DNA of 61,403 bases, filler included, from Anaerolineae bacterium (GTDB taxonomy: Bacteria; Chloroflexota; Anaerolineae; Epilineales; Epilineaceae): assembly GCA_029262755.1 (NCBI GenBank). It is 6 parts of 6 records of this genome, joined end to end, with 100 filler letters (N's around TTAATTAATTAA, not from the genome) between each part and the next. Parts side by side here need not be neighbours in the genome. Positions count along the whole stretch, not along the records: positions 1 to 11,353 come from JAJCYU010000112.1; positions 11,454 to 32,673 come from JAJCYU010000113.1; 4 more parts are not named here. One strand, written 5' to 3'. A model generated the notes under the pieces. The model was not told the origin of the DNA and ran no database searches. It saw only the letters and a list, made by a program, of their open reading frames with translations. Positions 11,201 to 21,560 of this stretch are shown here, piece after piece. Within the stretch, counting starts at the first letter, position 1, and the number at the start of each line of letters is the position of its first letter. A program made the translations under genes and the position numbers.

Positions 11201-11353
11201 AGGGCACCGGCCGGCGGATCGTCTGCATCGATCGGTCCGGATTGGAGCACATAGCCCACACGCGCGGAGGGCGACGCCGACGGGTCGTTCGGAAGGATCC
11301 ACTTGGCCTCATAGCCGCTGTTGCCACCGGCGTCGGGATCAACGGCCGCGAAT
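8230..11353 (-). CDS. Multi-VWA domain surface protein (5' partial at contig edge)
   Basis: Frame is open to the spacer. Three VWA modules (degenerate DPPTNA, DASESM, DRSASM). Ends in HRLFLPYLQAETLP. Confidence 0.85.
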
Positions 11354-11453
11354 NNNNNNNNNNNNNNNNNNNNNNNNNNNNNNNNNNNNNNNNNNNNTTA
11401 ATTAATTAANNNNNNNNNNNNNNNNNNNNNNNNNNNNNNNNNNNNNNNNNNNN
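11354..11453. other. Artificial contig spacer
   Basis: N44-TTAATTAATTAA-N44, stops in all six frames; identical at five sites. Confidence 0.99.
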
Positions 11454-12383
11454 CTCCGCGTTGAGCTTGGCGGAACGCTCCAACAGGCGCGAGTGCAGGT
11501 AGAAGACGTCACCCGGATAGGCCTCACGGCCCGGCGGGCGGCGCAGCAACAACGACACTTGGCGGTACGCGGTTGCGTGCTTGGAGAGATCATCGTACAC
11601 GATCAGCGCGTGTCCGCCGTTCTCCATGATCTCTTCGCCCATCGCCGTACCGGAGTAGGGGGCGATGTACTGCATGGCGGCCGAGTCGGAAGCGCTAGCG
11701 ACCACGACAATCGTGTGGTCCATGGCTCCGTTCTCTTCGAGCGTCGCGACGATGTTGGCCACCTGCGCGCGCTTCTGACCGATAGCGACGTAGATGCAGC
11801 GGACTTCGCCGCCCTTCTGGTTGATGATCGTATCGACCGCGATGGCCGTCTTACCGGTCTGGCGGTCGCCGATGATCAACTCGCGCTGGCCGCGACCGAT
11901 CGGGATCATGGCGTCGATGGGCTTGATGCCCGTCGAAACCGGCTCGTTCACGTTCTGCCGCTCGGTAACGCCCGGCGCAATGCGCTCGATCGGGCGCGTC
12001 TTGTCCGTTCGGATCGCGCCTTTGCCATCGATCGGCTGACCGAGGGCGTTGACCACGCGGCCGAACAGCTCGTCCCCGACGGGCACGGAGATGACCTCGC
12101 CGGTCGAGCGGGCGATGTCGCCCTCCTCGATCGCGGTAAAGTCGCCGAGCACCACGACACCGACACTGTCTTCTTCGAGGTTGAGCGCGATGCCGAACAC
12201 GGAGCCGCTCTGCTTCGGAAATTCGATTAGCTCGCTGGCCAGCGCGCCGCGCAGACCCTCGACCCGGGCGATACCATCACCAACTTCGATGACGGATCCG
12301 ACGTCCACGGCGCGCGCGCCGAGGGGGACCTCGTCGATCGCCTGTCGGAGACTCTTGATAATGTCCTGGAGTTCTACGGACAC
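11454..12383 (-). CDS. atpA: F0F1 ATP synthase subunit alpha (3' partial)
   Basis: [28 protein letters not shown]alker [28 protein letters not shown]. Confidence 0.99.
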
Positions 12384-12442
12384 GGTCGTTCATCCTTGTT
12401 TCGGGCCCGATGGCAAGCTCGCCCCCGGTACCATTCAATGTG

Positions 12443-12814
12443 CTAGCGAGCGCTGGAGCCACTCAGCTCGTCACGCATCCTTGCCAGGCGAGACGCCACG
12501 CTGCCGTCTAGATAGCGGTCGCCGACACGCACGATCAGGCCGCCGAGAATCGACGGCTCGACGCGATAGCGGATCGGCAATTCATCGCCGTAGCGACCAT
12601 GCAAACGCGTGTCGAGTGCCTCGCGCTCCGCATCCGTCAGCGGAACGGCGCTCGTAACCTCGGCATTGATCTCACGATCGTCATCGCCGCTCGAGACCAT
12701 CTTCTCGAGTGAAGACTTCAAGCCTTCAAGGTCGATTTTGTCCGCCGCGCCACGCAATGCGCCACGCAGGGCATCCTTCATGTCATCCAGCGGACCGCCA
12801 CCCTCGGAACTCAT
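12443..12814 (-). CDS. atpH: ATP synthase subunit delta (short form)
   Basis: AEVTSAVPLTDAE...VEPSILGGLIVRVGDRYLDGSV; lies between atpF and atpA; ATGA overlap with atpF. Confidence 0.92.
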   Translation of the reverse strand: MSSEGGGPLDDMKDALRGALRGAADKIDLEGLKSSLEKMVSSGDDDREINAEVTSAVPLTDAEREALDTRLHGRYGDELPIRYRVEPSILGGLIVRVGDRYLDGSVASRLARMRDELSGSSAR

Positions 12815-13311
12815 GCAAGGTCTCCGAGCTGTTCCTTCAGGAAGTTGTCGATCAGCCCCCGATGCTGCTTCTCATCGATAGACGAGCCGACGACGCGGGC
12901 GGCCGCGGCCAATGCGAGATCGGCCACATCACCCTGCAGGCCGGACAGCGCCTCGTTGCGGGCCTGCGACGCATCGGCGCGCGCTTGCGCAACGATACGC
13001 TCCGCCTCGACCGTGGCTTCTTCCACGCGCTTCTTGGCGGCCTCGTCACCTCGAGCGACCGACTCGGTCAGCTTCTGGTGGCTGGTACGTCGTTCTTCCG
13101 CGATCTGCGCCTCGAGCGTCGCACGCTCGGACGCGGCCATGGTCGAGACACGCTCGGCCTCGGCCAGCGCATCGGCGATCTTCGCCTTGCGCTCTTCCAA
13201 CATATTGCTGAGCGGTCCATACAGCAGCTTCCTCAGAATCCACAACAGTAACAGGAAGTGGATGATCTGGAAGGCGAGCATTGGGCCGTTGATTCCGAAT
13301 TTCGCCAACAC
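12811..13311 (-). CDS. atpF: ATP synthase subunit b
   Basis: N-terminal TM FQIIHFLLLLWILRKLLYGPL followed by coiled coil; operon position. Confidence 0.96.
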   Translation of the reverse strand: MLAKFGINGPMLAFQIIHFLLLLWILRKLLYGPLSNMLEERKAKIADALAEAERVSTMAASERATLEAQIAEERRTSHQKLTESVARGDEAAKKRVEEATVEAERIVAQARADASQARNEALSGLQGDVADLALAAAARVVGSSIDEKQHRGLIDNFLKEQLGDLA

Positions 13312-13368
13312 GGGTTATTCCCCTTCGCTCTCGAAGTCGTAGTGCCTCTGAAACCGTGTCACGTCGGC

Positions 13369-14758
<1,390 letters not shown>

Positions 14759-14762
<4 letters not shown>

Positions 14763-14989
14763 TGGATATCCTCACTGGGCTCGTGCGGAGCGATGCGATC
14801 GTAGCGCCTCGACAACGCTCGCGTGACGACGACCGTGGCGCAGATCGATCCGAGGAGAACCCCGGTCAAGGTGAGCCACGGGAAACGTTCTAGTTGCCGG
14901 TCGAGGAACAACCCGACGACAGCCGGGCCGATCAAAAGGGGCAAAAACACCGCAAGGAGTCGAAGGGTGTAGCGGGCCGTGCCAGCCAA
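14759..14989 (-). CDS. AtpZ/AtpI family protein
   Basis: TTG at 14989, 8 nt after AGGAGG. Two TM segments with VGLFLDRQLERFPWLTLTGVLLG. First gene of the atp operon; GTGA overlap with atpB. Confidence 0.85.
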
Positions 14990-15033
14990 CGCCCTCACCT
15001 CCTGGCGTAAATACCGTCTAAAAAAGCCGCGCG

Positions 15034-15062
15034 AGTATAACACAGGCCCAGCGGAGGGTAAA
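15034..15062 (-). promoter_or_regulatory. sigma70 promoter of the atp operon
   Basis: TTTACC-N17-TATACT with TG extended -10. Confidence 0.65.
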
Positions 15063-15104
15063 CCGTTTTGACCGTCTCCTGACCTTTGCGGCGCTTGAAG
15101 ACGA

Positions 15105-16214
15105 TCAAACCATGGGGGATACCAGTTCTCGCCAGGCCAACCAGCCCATCGAGGACGCGCTGCTTGGCGCACGCAGCGTATGGGCCGTCGCGCGTTCGAG
15201 CAACTCCGTCGCGACATCGATGGGTGCGTCCTCGATACGCGCCCCTGCTTCGGTCAACGTTGACTCCACTTCGTCGATCGACGCCTGAGCAACCCGCTCC
15301 AACACGGCGGACTCTGCGATGATCTCGCCGGGCGCTAGATGCAAGGTGATCAGCTCGCGTACTCCCGATTGGTCATGGTTCGGCGCGCTGATCAGCAGGA
15401 CACTGCGACCGTCCTCCCAACGCGCATGCCGGATGGCGAGACCATCCAGAGGCGGCCGCGCTGCGGTAGCGGATGGGCGAGCCGCGTCGAGCCGCCGCGC
15501 CGTCAACGCGGCTTGGGTGCGCACGCCCTCGTCCGGGTGATTCGTCGCGACGGCCGCAATCGCCGGCCCGGCACGCCATGCGGCGAGTTGGTCGAGCGCC
15601 GCGACCGCGGAGACGGCTATCTCCGGATCGACGTGATGTGCGAGGGGTGCGAGCAACCGAGCGCCCATGGGTTCACCCAGCGCCGCCAGATCATCGATGA
15701 GCGGAAGCAAGTCTTCGGCCTCACGCTCGGCAAGGTGGTCGATCGTGTTCACGATCGCCAGCCGGCCTTGACGCGGATCGAGCACGCGGCGGAGGGCGGC
15801 CTTCTTCACGGCCCCCGGGTCTTGGACGTACGCCGCGAGGTCTGCGTCGTGCAGCGGTTCTCCGAAGACGGCAAGCAAGCCGGCCGCGGCGATCTTGTTC
15901 AAATCGCCGACCTCCGCCTCGCCCACCATGGCGCGCAGCACGCGTGGCAGGACGCGCCCTGCGTCCGTATCGCGCCAGCGCAGCAGCAGCCTGGTGACGG
16001 CATGAATTTCGTCCTCGGCGACGGCGTCGTGCAGCCATGCGAACGCGGTGGGCAGGGCTTCGAGCTCTCGCCCGTCCCATGCCGCCATCAGCGTCTCGGC
16101 ACGTTCCAGGGAGACGGAGGGATCGCTCAATGCCGAGAGCAACGCGTGTACGTCGGCATTGGTGGAGGCGGGCAACGACGAGGATCGGGGTGGTGCACCG
16201 TTCGTATTGGTCAT
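15105..16214 (-). CDS. HEAT-repeat hypothetical protein
   Basis: LAPLAHHVDPEIAVSAVAALDQL and ATNHPDEGVRTQAALTARRL repeats. ATG 16214 lies 6 nt after TATACT. Confidence 0.75.
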   Translation of the reverse strand: MTNTNGAPPRSSSLPASTNADVHALLSALSDPSVSLERAETLMAAWDGRELEALPTAFAWLHDAVAEDEIHAVTRLLLRWRDTDAGRVLPRVLRAMVGEAEVGDLNKIAAAGLLAVFGEPLHDADLAAYVQDPGAVKKAALRRVLDPRQGRLAIVNTIDHLAEREAEDLLPLIDDLAALGEPMGARLLAPLAHHVDPEIAVSAVAALDQLAAWRAGPAIAAVATNHPDEGVRTQAALTARRLDAARPSATAARPPLDGLAIRHARWEDGRSVLLISAPNHDQSGVRELITLHLAPGEIIAESAVLERVAQASIDEVESTLTEAGARIEDAPIDVATELLERATAHTLRAPSSASSMGWLAWRELVSPMV

Positions 16215-16220
16215 GTTGGA

Positions 16221-16226
16221 AGTATA
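16221..16226 (-). promoter_or_regulatory. -10 element, probably leaderless transcript
   Basis: TATACT tccaac ATG, no SD. Confidence 0.55.
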
Positions 16227-16402
16227 TCGCGCGTTGTCGTCTTCGGTCCGCTCGAAGCCGGCCCGGATTCCAATGGCCCGGCTTCTCGGCGTCGTGCTAT
16301 GCTGCCTCGCTTCACACGCCTCCTTGGGCCGCCCGTGCGGAAGCGCGAGCGCTTGCGCATTCATCCACCGGACGGATCCGGAGCCCGATCAGGAGAATCC
16401 AC

Positions 16403-17128
16403 ATGCTGATCGCCGCGTCCATCGTCGCCGTCGTTGCAGGCTATCTCCTGGGCTCGATCCCGTTCGGAATCGTGATCTGTCGCCCGCTCGGCAAGGACCC
16501 GCGCGAGCATGGCAGCGGTCGCACGGGGATGAGTAACGTGTACCGCACGGCCGGCGCGTGGCCCGCTGCGGGCACGCTAGCCGGAGACGTGCTGAAGGCG
16601 ACGGCCGCCGTCTGGCTGGCCCGTTCGCTCGTTGCAGACCCGTCCTGGCAGGCGTGGGTAGTCGCCGCAACGGCCCTAGCCGCCATCCTCGGCCACAACT
16701 ACTCGCTCTACCTCGGATTCCGCGGTGGGGCGGGCGCGAGCCCGAACGCGGGCGCCATGTTGGCCATCGATCCGCTCACCTTCCTCGTCGGCGGCATCGT
16801 CGCGCTCGGCATCTGGTTCGGGCTGCGCATCGCGGCGTTGGCCACGCTGTCGCTCTCGGCGATCGTGTTGGGAGGCTTGCTCTGGCGTGTGTTCGGTCAG
16901 GGTTGGGCGTCCGGCTTCCTGCTCTACGGTGTCGGACAATTACTCATCGTCCTCTGGGCGCTGCGCCCGAACATCGCCCGCTTGCTACGCGGCGAGGAGC
17001 GTGTCATCGATCTGGCCGCCACCCGCGGCGCAGCCGATGGCCCGACGCCCACCACACGCGGCGCGATCGCGCGGTCCGAATCACCCGCAGGTTCCGATAC
17101 GCACGCGCACGACCAAGAGGAAGCCTAA
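16403..17128 (+). CDS. plsY: Glycerol-3-phosphate acyltransferase
   Basis: AGGAG RBS; GYLLGSIPFG, DPREHGSGRTGMSNVYR, GDVLKA, ILGHNYSLYLGFRGGAG, LRPNIARL. Confidence 0.95.
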   Translation: MLIAASIVAVVAGYLLGSIPFGIVICRPLGKDPREHGSGRTGMSNVYRTAGAWPAAGTLAGDVLKATAAVWLARSLVADPSWQAWVVAATALAAILGHNYSLYLGFRGGAGASPNAGAMLAIDPLTFLVGGIVALGIWFGLRIAALATLSLSAIVLGGLLWRVFGQGWASGFLLYGVGQLLIVLWALRPNIARLLRGEERVIDLAATRGAADGPTPTTRGAIARSESPAGSDTHAHDQEEA

Positions 17129-17131
17129 ACC

Positions 17132-17488
17132 GTGTCCACGACCACCTTCCAACGCTGGACGATCGCCACCCTCGCTTTGCTCGGCATCCTGTGGCTCGAT
17201 CTGCGCTTCGGCCATGCGATCGCGCTCAGCACGATGCTCGGCCTGATGTTGGTCGTAGCGGTTTACGGCGGATCGGGACGCGGCTATGGCCGGCGATCCG
17301 GCGCGGCAGCCCCGGAGACGGCAGGACCGGAAGGAGTGGTTTCGGACGCCGCGGTGTCGGATGCAGCGAATTCGGAGACCGCGGGCACGCGTCCGACGGC
17401 CGCCGGCGCAACGGGACCCGAGGCCGAAGGCTCTCCATCGACTCGCGCGGGCGGACCCGCTACCGGCGATGCGGAGTCCGGTCGCTGA
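17132..17488 (+). CDS. Hypothetical small membrane protein
   Basis: GAGGA RBS, two hydrophobic helices and a disordered tail; 3-nt gap to plsY, overlaps panE. Confidence 0.65.
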   Translation: MSTTTFQRWTIATLALLGILWLDLRFGHAIALSTMLGLMLVVAVYGGSGRGYGRRSGAAAPETAGPEGVVSDAAVSDAANSETAGTRPTAAGATGPEAEGSPSTRAGGPATGDAESGR

Positions 17489-18636
17489 GGGTCCTAGTTG
17501 CGGGTGCCGGAGCGTTGGGCTCCTGGCTCGGCGGCGCGCTGGCGCTCGGCGGTGCGGAGGTCACGTTGGTCGCCCGAGGTGCACATGGCGTGGCCCTGGC
17601 CTCCGATGGCCTGCGCGTACTACGTGACGCCGGCACAGGTGGGAACGATGAGACCGATGGAGCCGTGCTCGATCCAGCCAAGGACGGTGTTGCCGCCCCG
17701 ACCCGCGTCGTCGGCTCGATCGCCGACGCGTGGCGCGACGAGGATTCGACGCCGTTCGACATCGGCCTGATCGCCGTCAAGAGCTATGACGCCCCCGGTG
17801 TCGCGCGAGAGATCGTGGATGCCATGGCCGAGGGCGCGGCCGGATGCCGTGCGTTGGCGACGTTCCAGAACGGGGTCGGCAGCGAGGCGCATGTCGCGGC
17901 GGTCACGGCGGGCGTCATTGATGGTCCCGTCATCGCGGGCACGCTCACCACGTCCGTGCGACTTGCCGCGCCGGGTGTCGTGGCTGGGCGGGCGAAGGGC
18001 GGTGTCGGGGTCGCCGGCGGGCATCCGGCCGCGGATGCGCTCGCGCGAACGCTGGTCGCAGGCGGTCTGCGTGCACGACGCTACGAGGACGAGGCGTCCA
18101 TGAAGTGGTCGAAGCTGCTGTTGAACATGCTCGGCAGCGCGACCTCGGCCATCGTGGGCCGGCCACCGGCGGAGCTGTTCCGGCACCGCGGGGTTTTCGA
18201 TCTCGAGGTCGATGCGTGGCGCGAGGCCGTGGCCGTCATGCGTGCGGTTGGCCTGCGCCCCGTCGCCCTGCCGGGCTATCCGGTACCCGCCTACGCTACC
18301 GTGGTGGCTGTCTTGCCGCCTGCGATGCGCTACCCCGTGCTCTCCAAGCTCCTCGCCGGTAGTCGGGGTTCACGCTTGCCCGGCGTTGCGGCCGACATCC
18401 AGGCGGGCCGCACGAAGAGCGAGGCGCGATCCATGGGCGGTGCGGTCGCTGAACTCGGCGCGGCCATCGGCCGACCGGCACCGGTCAACCGTGCGCTCAC
18501 GGACCTCCTGGTCGGTATCGCGGAAGGACGTATCGACCGCGAGCCGTTTGTCGCTCGCCCGGATTCGCTCGTAGCAGCCGTGCGGTCTCCACACGAGTTC
18601 GACAGCCCCTCAATCAGTGCAGGAAAGGCGCGATGA
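17485..18636 (+). CDS. panE: Ketopantoate reductase family protein (probable CTG start)
   Basis: RVLVAGAGALG, VARGAH, IAVKSYD, FQNGVG, KWSKLLLN, SE..MGGAV. The track ORF from 16558 is an over-extension. Confidence 0.85.
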   Translation: MRVLVAGAGALGSWLGGALALGGAEVTLVARGAHGVALASDGLRVLRDAGTGGNDETDGAVLDPAKDGVAAPTRVVGSIADAWRDEDSTPFDIGLIAVKSYDAPGVAREIVDAMAEGAAGCRALATFQNGVGSEAHVAAVTAGVIDGPVIAGTLTTSVRLAAPGVVAGRAKGGVGVAGGHPAADALARTLVAGGLRARRYEDEASMKWSKLLLNMLGSATSAIVGRPPAELFRHRGVFDLEVDAWREAVAVMRAVGLRPVALPGYPVPAYATVVAVLPPAMRYPVLSKLLAGSRGSRLPGVAADIQAGRTKSEARSMGGAVAELGAAIGRPAPVNRALTDLLVGIAEGRIDREPFVARPDSLVAAVRSPHEFDSPSISAGKAR

Positions 18637-19709
18637 CCAACCAACCAACGTTCGTATTGCGCAACCCAGCCGGGGTCTTGTGGATGTCCGGCGCGGACCG
18701 GCTCGATTTTCTCGAGCGCATGTCCACGAATCGACTGGCCGATCTGAACCCCGGGTCGGGCCGCGCAACCGCCGTGTTGGACGACATCGGCCGCGTCGTT
18801 GATCTCGTCCAATGCTATGCGGGCGCGGAAGGTGCGGTGTTGACGACGAGCGCCCCGGAGTCCGGAGACGTCGTGGCGACGCATCTGCGCCGCTACGTTC
18901 TCTTTCGCGACGCGGTGCGCATCACCGACGCCGGCGCCCAGGTCACCGTGCTGCGGGTGTTCGGTCCGGACGCGGAAGGAATCGCGCGCGAGGCGACGGC
19001 GTTGCAGGAGGGAGCGACGGATCCGGGAACCTGGATCGAGCACGGCGAGGACGACGAAACGGTGTGGCTACTCCGGCAACCGGAGGCTCGGGCCGGCGGC
19101 CTCGGCGCGTGGGACATCGTGGTGCCGGCCGGCGCGGCAAGCGATCGCATGACCGGGCGTCTCCACGAACTCGGCGTGCGCGAACCATTGCACGACGAGG
19201 CGCTGCTCGCTCGGGTGCGCGCGGGGCAACCCGCCTTTGGGGCGGAGATCGATGGCGGCGCCAACCCGTTGGAGCTTGGATTGCGGCCGATCGTCGACTT
19301 CGCGAAGGGTTGCTACATCGGCCAGGAGGTGGTGGCCAGGCTGGACACGTACGACAAGGTGCAACGGCGTCTGGTCACGGTGGCCGCCGACGCTCCCATC
19401 GCCGTGGGCGACGTGGTGACCGATGATCCGGCAACCGACAGGAGCGATGGCCTTCGCGCGGCCATTGCGGCACGGGGGCGAAAGCGCGTCGGCCGCATCA
19501 CGACCGTGGCTCGCGATCATTCCGTGCCGGACGACGCTGCGCTCTATATGGCCTTGGCGTTGCTACCAAAGGCCATCGCGGACCGAAATTCAGCCCTATT
19601 CGCGCACTCTTTAGCGGGAGGCGACCAAACGTCGGGCGCGCCGGGAGGGTCCGTGGCGCTTGATACGTACGCCATGGATGGGCGCGCGATCGAGCCGGCG
19701 GGCGGGTAG
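18633..19709 (+). CDS. ygfZ: YgfZ/GcvT family folate-binding Fe-S maturation protein
   Basis: SGADRLDFLERMSTN, KGCYIGQEVVARL signature. Confidence 0.92.
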   Translation: MTNQPTFVLRNPAGVLWMSGADRLDFLERMSTNRLADLNPGSGRATAVLDDIGRVVDLVQCYAGAEGAVLTTSAPESGDVVATHLRRYVLFRDAVRITDAGAQVTVLRVFGPDAEGIAREATALQEGATDPGTWIEHGEDDETVWLLRQPEARAGGLGAWDIVVPAGAASDRMTGRLHELGVREPLHDEALLARVRAGQPAFGAEIDGGANPLELGLRPIVDFAKGCYIGQEVVARLDTYDKVQRRLVTVAADAPIAVGDVVTDDPATDRSDGLRAAIAARGRKRVGRITTVARDHSVPDDAALYMALALLPKAIADRNSALFAHSLAGGDQTSGAPGGSVALDTYAMDGRAIEPAGG

Positions 19710-19732
19710 ACGAGCCCCGTCAACGGGCCGTG

Positions 19733-19765
19733 AAAAAGCGCCGCGGACCCGTGGGGTCGCGGCGC
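19733..19765. terminator. Intrinsic terminator hairpin (U-tract on minus strand) after ygfZ
   Basis: AAAAA-GCGCCGCgGACCC gtg GGGTCGCGGCGC, 12 bp with one bulge. Confidence 0.65.
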
Positions 19766-19771
19766 GGTGGC

Positions 19772-19801
19772 TTGACACAATTTCCGGCGGTCGGGTACAA
19801 T
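19772..19801 (+). promoter_or_regulatory. Near-consensus sigma70 promoter with no downstream CDS
   Basis: TTGACA-N18-TACAAT; predicted +1 about 19808. Confidence 0.8.
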
Positions 19802-19807
19802 GCGCGT

Positions 19808-19875
19808 GGAAAGGAGAGCCGCGTCCTACCCTTCCCCCCCTGTCCCTCGGGCGGACGCGGCTCTCTTTTCCTTTT
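19808..19875 (+). ncRNA. Candidate small RNA: 19-bp hairpin, C-rich loop, U-tract
   Basis: Stem 19808-19826/19853-19871 (18 WC pairs + 1 GU), loop UACCCUUCCCCCCCUGUCCCUCGGGC, followed by UUUU. Begins 7 nt after the -10. Confidence 0.65.
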
Positions 19876-20049
19876 CCCCCCAAACGGCACTGCGTACGGT
19901 GCCGCCGGATGAGCTTCCCCGATCGTCCCGTAGGTCACGATTGCGGATTCTCGCCCTACATAACGGGTTCTCGGCGGACGAAGATACGGGTGCCTGACGA
20001 AATTAATATTGCGCGGTACCGCAGCACCGAGAAGTCGACTCCAACAGAC

Positions 20050-20076
20050 AAAACGCCCGTCTTCGCGACGGGCGTT
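20050..20076 (-). terminator. Rho-independent terminator of the ECF/anti-sigma operon
   Basis: Minus strand AACGCCCGTC gcgaa GACGGGCGTTTT. Confidence 0.8.
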
Positions 20077-20153
20077 CGTGCGTCTTTGATCCATTGTGTC
20101 TGCGTAGGTGGTGGGGTGCCATGCCTTGGACGTAGCGTGCCGCGCGGTGAAGG

Positions 20154-21560
20154 CTACGGCAGCTGGGGATCTTCCATCGGCGGCGGCCCGACGATGGGCG
20201 GCGGCTGACTGCCCGGACCCTCGGCCCCACCCGGATCGGGCGCGACCACCGGCGGCGGCTGATCGCCACCACCTGCGCCCGGCTGCGTGGGCTCACCCGG
20301 CGACGGAGCGCCGACCGCAGGCTCGCCGCCACCGACAGCAGGCCCCGGTGCACTAGCCGTGCTTGGCTCGGGCGACGGCTCGTCGTCGACCTCGCGTTGC
20401 ACGACCGGCGGCGGAGGCGGCGCGTTGCCGGGCTCCGGCGCGGGCTCGGGCACGGAAACCTCTGCAGGCGCACCAGGCGTCGGCGCTTCGCTGATCGGCG
20501 AGCGAACCGGCTCGATATCAAGCTCGACAACCGGACCCGGCGATTCCTCGACCGGTAGCGGTCGCGGGGCGCTGCTCGGCGACCAATCCAAGGGGATCGG
20601 CAGCTTCGCAGGCATGTCCGGGACGATGTCTTCGGGAACGCTCGGCAACAGGACGTCGCGCACAGCCGGGTCCAATCGGCGCGATGCGTCCTCGTCAGCC
20701 TCCAACGCAGCCGCGAGCATCGCCCGCTGATCGTGGCTCAGCCGCGCAATCTCATCGACCGATGCGGCACCTTGATCGAGGAATTCACGCATCAAGTCCT
20801 CAGGTACGGTGCGGCCGTTGTCGAGCAACGCGCGCATTTCGAGCAAACGACGGGCATCGAAACGTGCCCGCAACGTGGTCTTCAGATCGGGGTCAAAGGC
20901 GAAGAGCATCTGCGCATCTTCACCGAATCGCTTCATCGAGTACAGGCTGTCACCCGGCAGGCTGCTGGCCGCGGCCGTACCGACCTGGGCGACACCGGCG
21001 AGTCCGACGGCCAGGCTGAGTGCAGCGGCCATGGCTCCCGTAGCAAGGCGACGTCCCCATGTTGGTCGCGGGACGAGGCCACCAAGGACGCCGCGTGCCG
21101 TGACGTTCGAGCGCGTTTCCGCGCGCAACGCGGCACGCCGCTCGGTAGCCAGAGCCATCAAACGCGCCTTGCCCTGCGCGAACGTTTCCGCGGCGGGCAT
21201 GGGCGTTGGGGTGGTTTCCATTCTGTGGGCGGCCAAGATGGCCGGGTGAAGCGCGACGGGCAATCGCGTGAGCAGATCGTCCAGCGGAACGCCGGCTCGA
21301 ACCTCGACCACAACGCCTTCGACCGTCTCGACCTCGCGTCGCCGACGGGCGACCGTGGCCATCAACTCCGCCTTGTTCTCTAGGCGGCGTCGGGGCGGCG
21401 GCGCGATCTCGCGCATCCAGGCGGAAGCGGCCAGCGCAGGCCGAAGCTCGTCGGCATGCGCCGGGAAACCAGCCAAGACCTCTTCGAGGTCGGCTCCCTC
21501 ATTAAGTTGGGAGAGGCACTTGTCCAACAAGTGCTCAAGCTGGAACCTCACCGCGTTCAC
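20154..21560 (-). CDS. DUF5667-domain putative anti-sigma factor with Pro-rich tail
   Basis: Overlaps the ECF sigma 3' end. LDKCLSQLNEGADLEEVLAGFPAHADELRPAL N-domain (loosely duplicated), TM helix, AASSLPGDSLYSMKRFGEDAQMLF motif. Confidence 0.82.
   Translation of the reverse strand: MNAVRFQLEHLLDKCLSQLNEGADLEEVLAGFPAHADELRPALAASAWMREIAPPPRRRLENKAELMATVARRRREVETVEGVVVEVRAGVPLDDLLTRLPVALHPAILAAHRMETTPTPMPAAETFAQGKARLMALATERRAALRAETRSNVTARGVLGGLVPRPTWGRRLATGAMAAALSLAVGLAGVAQVGTAAASSLPGDSLYSMKRFGEDAQMLFAFDPDLKTTLRARFDARRLLEMRALLDNGRTVPEDLMREFLDQGAASVDEIARLSHDQRAMLAAALEADEDASRRLDPAVRDVLLPSVPEDIVPDMPAKLPIPLDWSPSSAPRPLPVEESPGPVVELDIEPVRSPISEAPTPGAPAEVSVPEPAPEPGNAPPPPPVVQREVDDEPSPEPSTASAPGPAVGGGEPAVGAPSPGEPTQPGAGGGDQPPPVVAPDPGGAEGPGSQPPPIVGPPPMEDPQLP

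Noticed and set aside
11354..11453. Repeated TTAATTAATTAA within N runs (five copies) as a biological repeat or CRISPR
   Set aside because: Identical 100-nt artificial contig spacer. ORFs ending in X...LIN and adjacency across spacers are artefacts.
12443..12814. Short atpH as a pseudogene
   Set aside because: Intact ORF, ATGA-coupled to atpF, with the conserved C-terminal domain; more likely a lineage-typical short delta.
16558..17484. 692-aa ORF as an N-terminally extended PanE
   Set aside because: The extension overlaps plsY and the small membrane gene in other frames and is Arg-rich noise.
19720..20094. 124-aa minus-strand ORF across the sRNA as a type I toxin
   Set aside because: Not hydrophobic, no clear RBS, and crossed by a minus-strand terminator near its start. 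An antisense RNA ending at the 19733-19765 terminator cannot be excluded.
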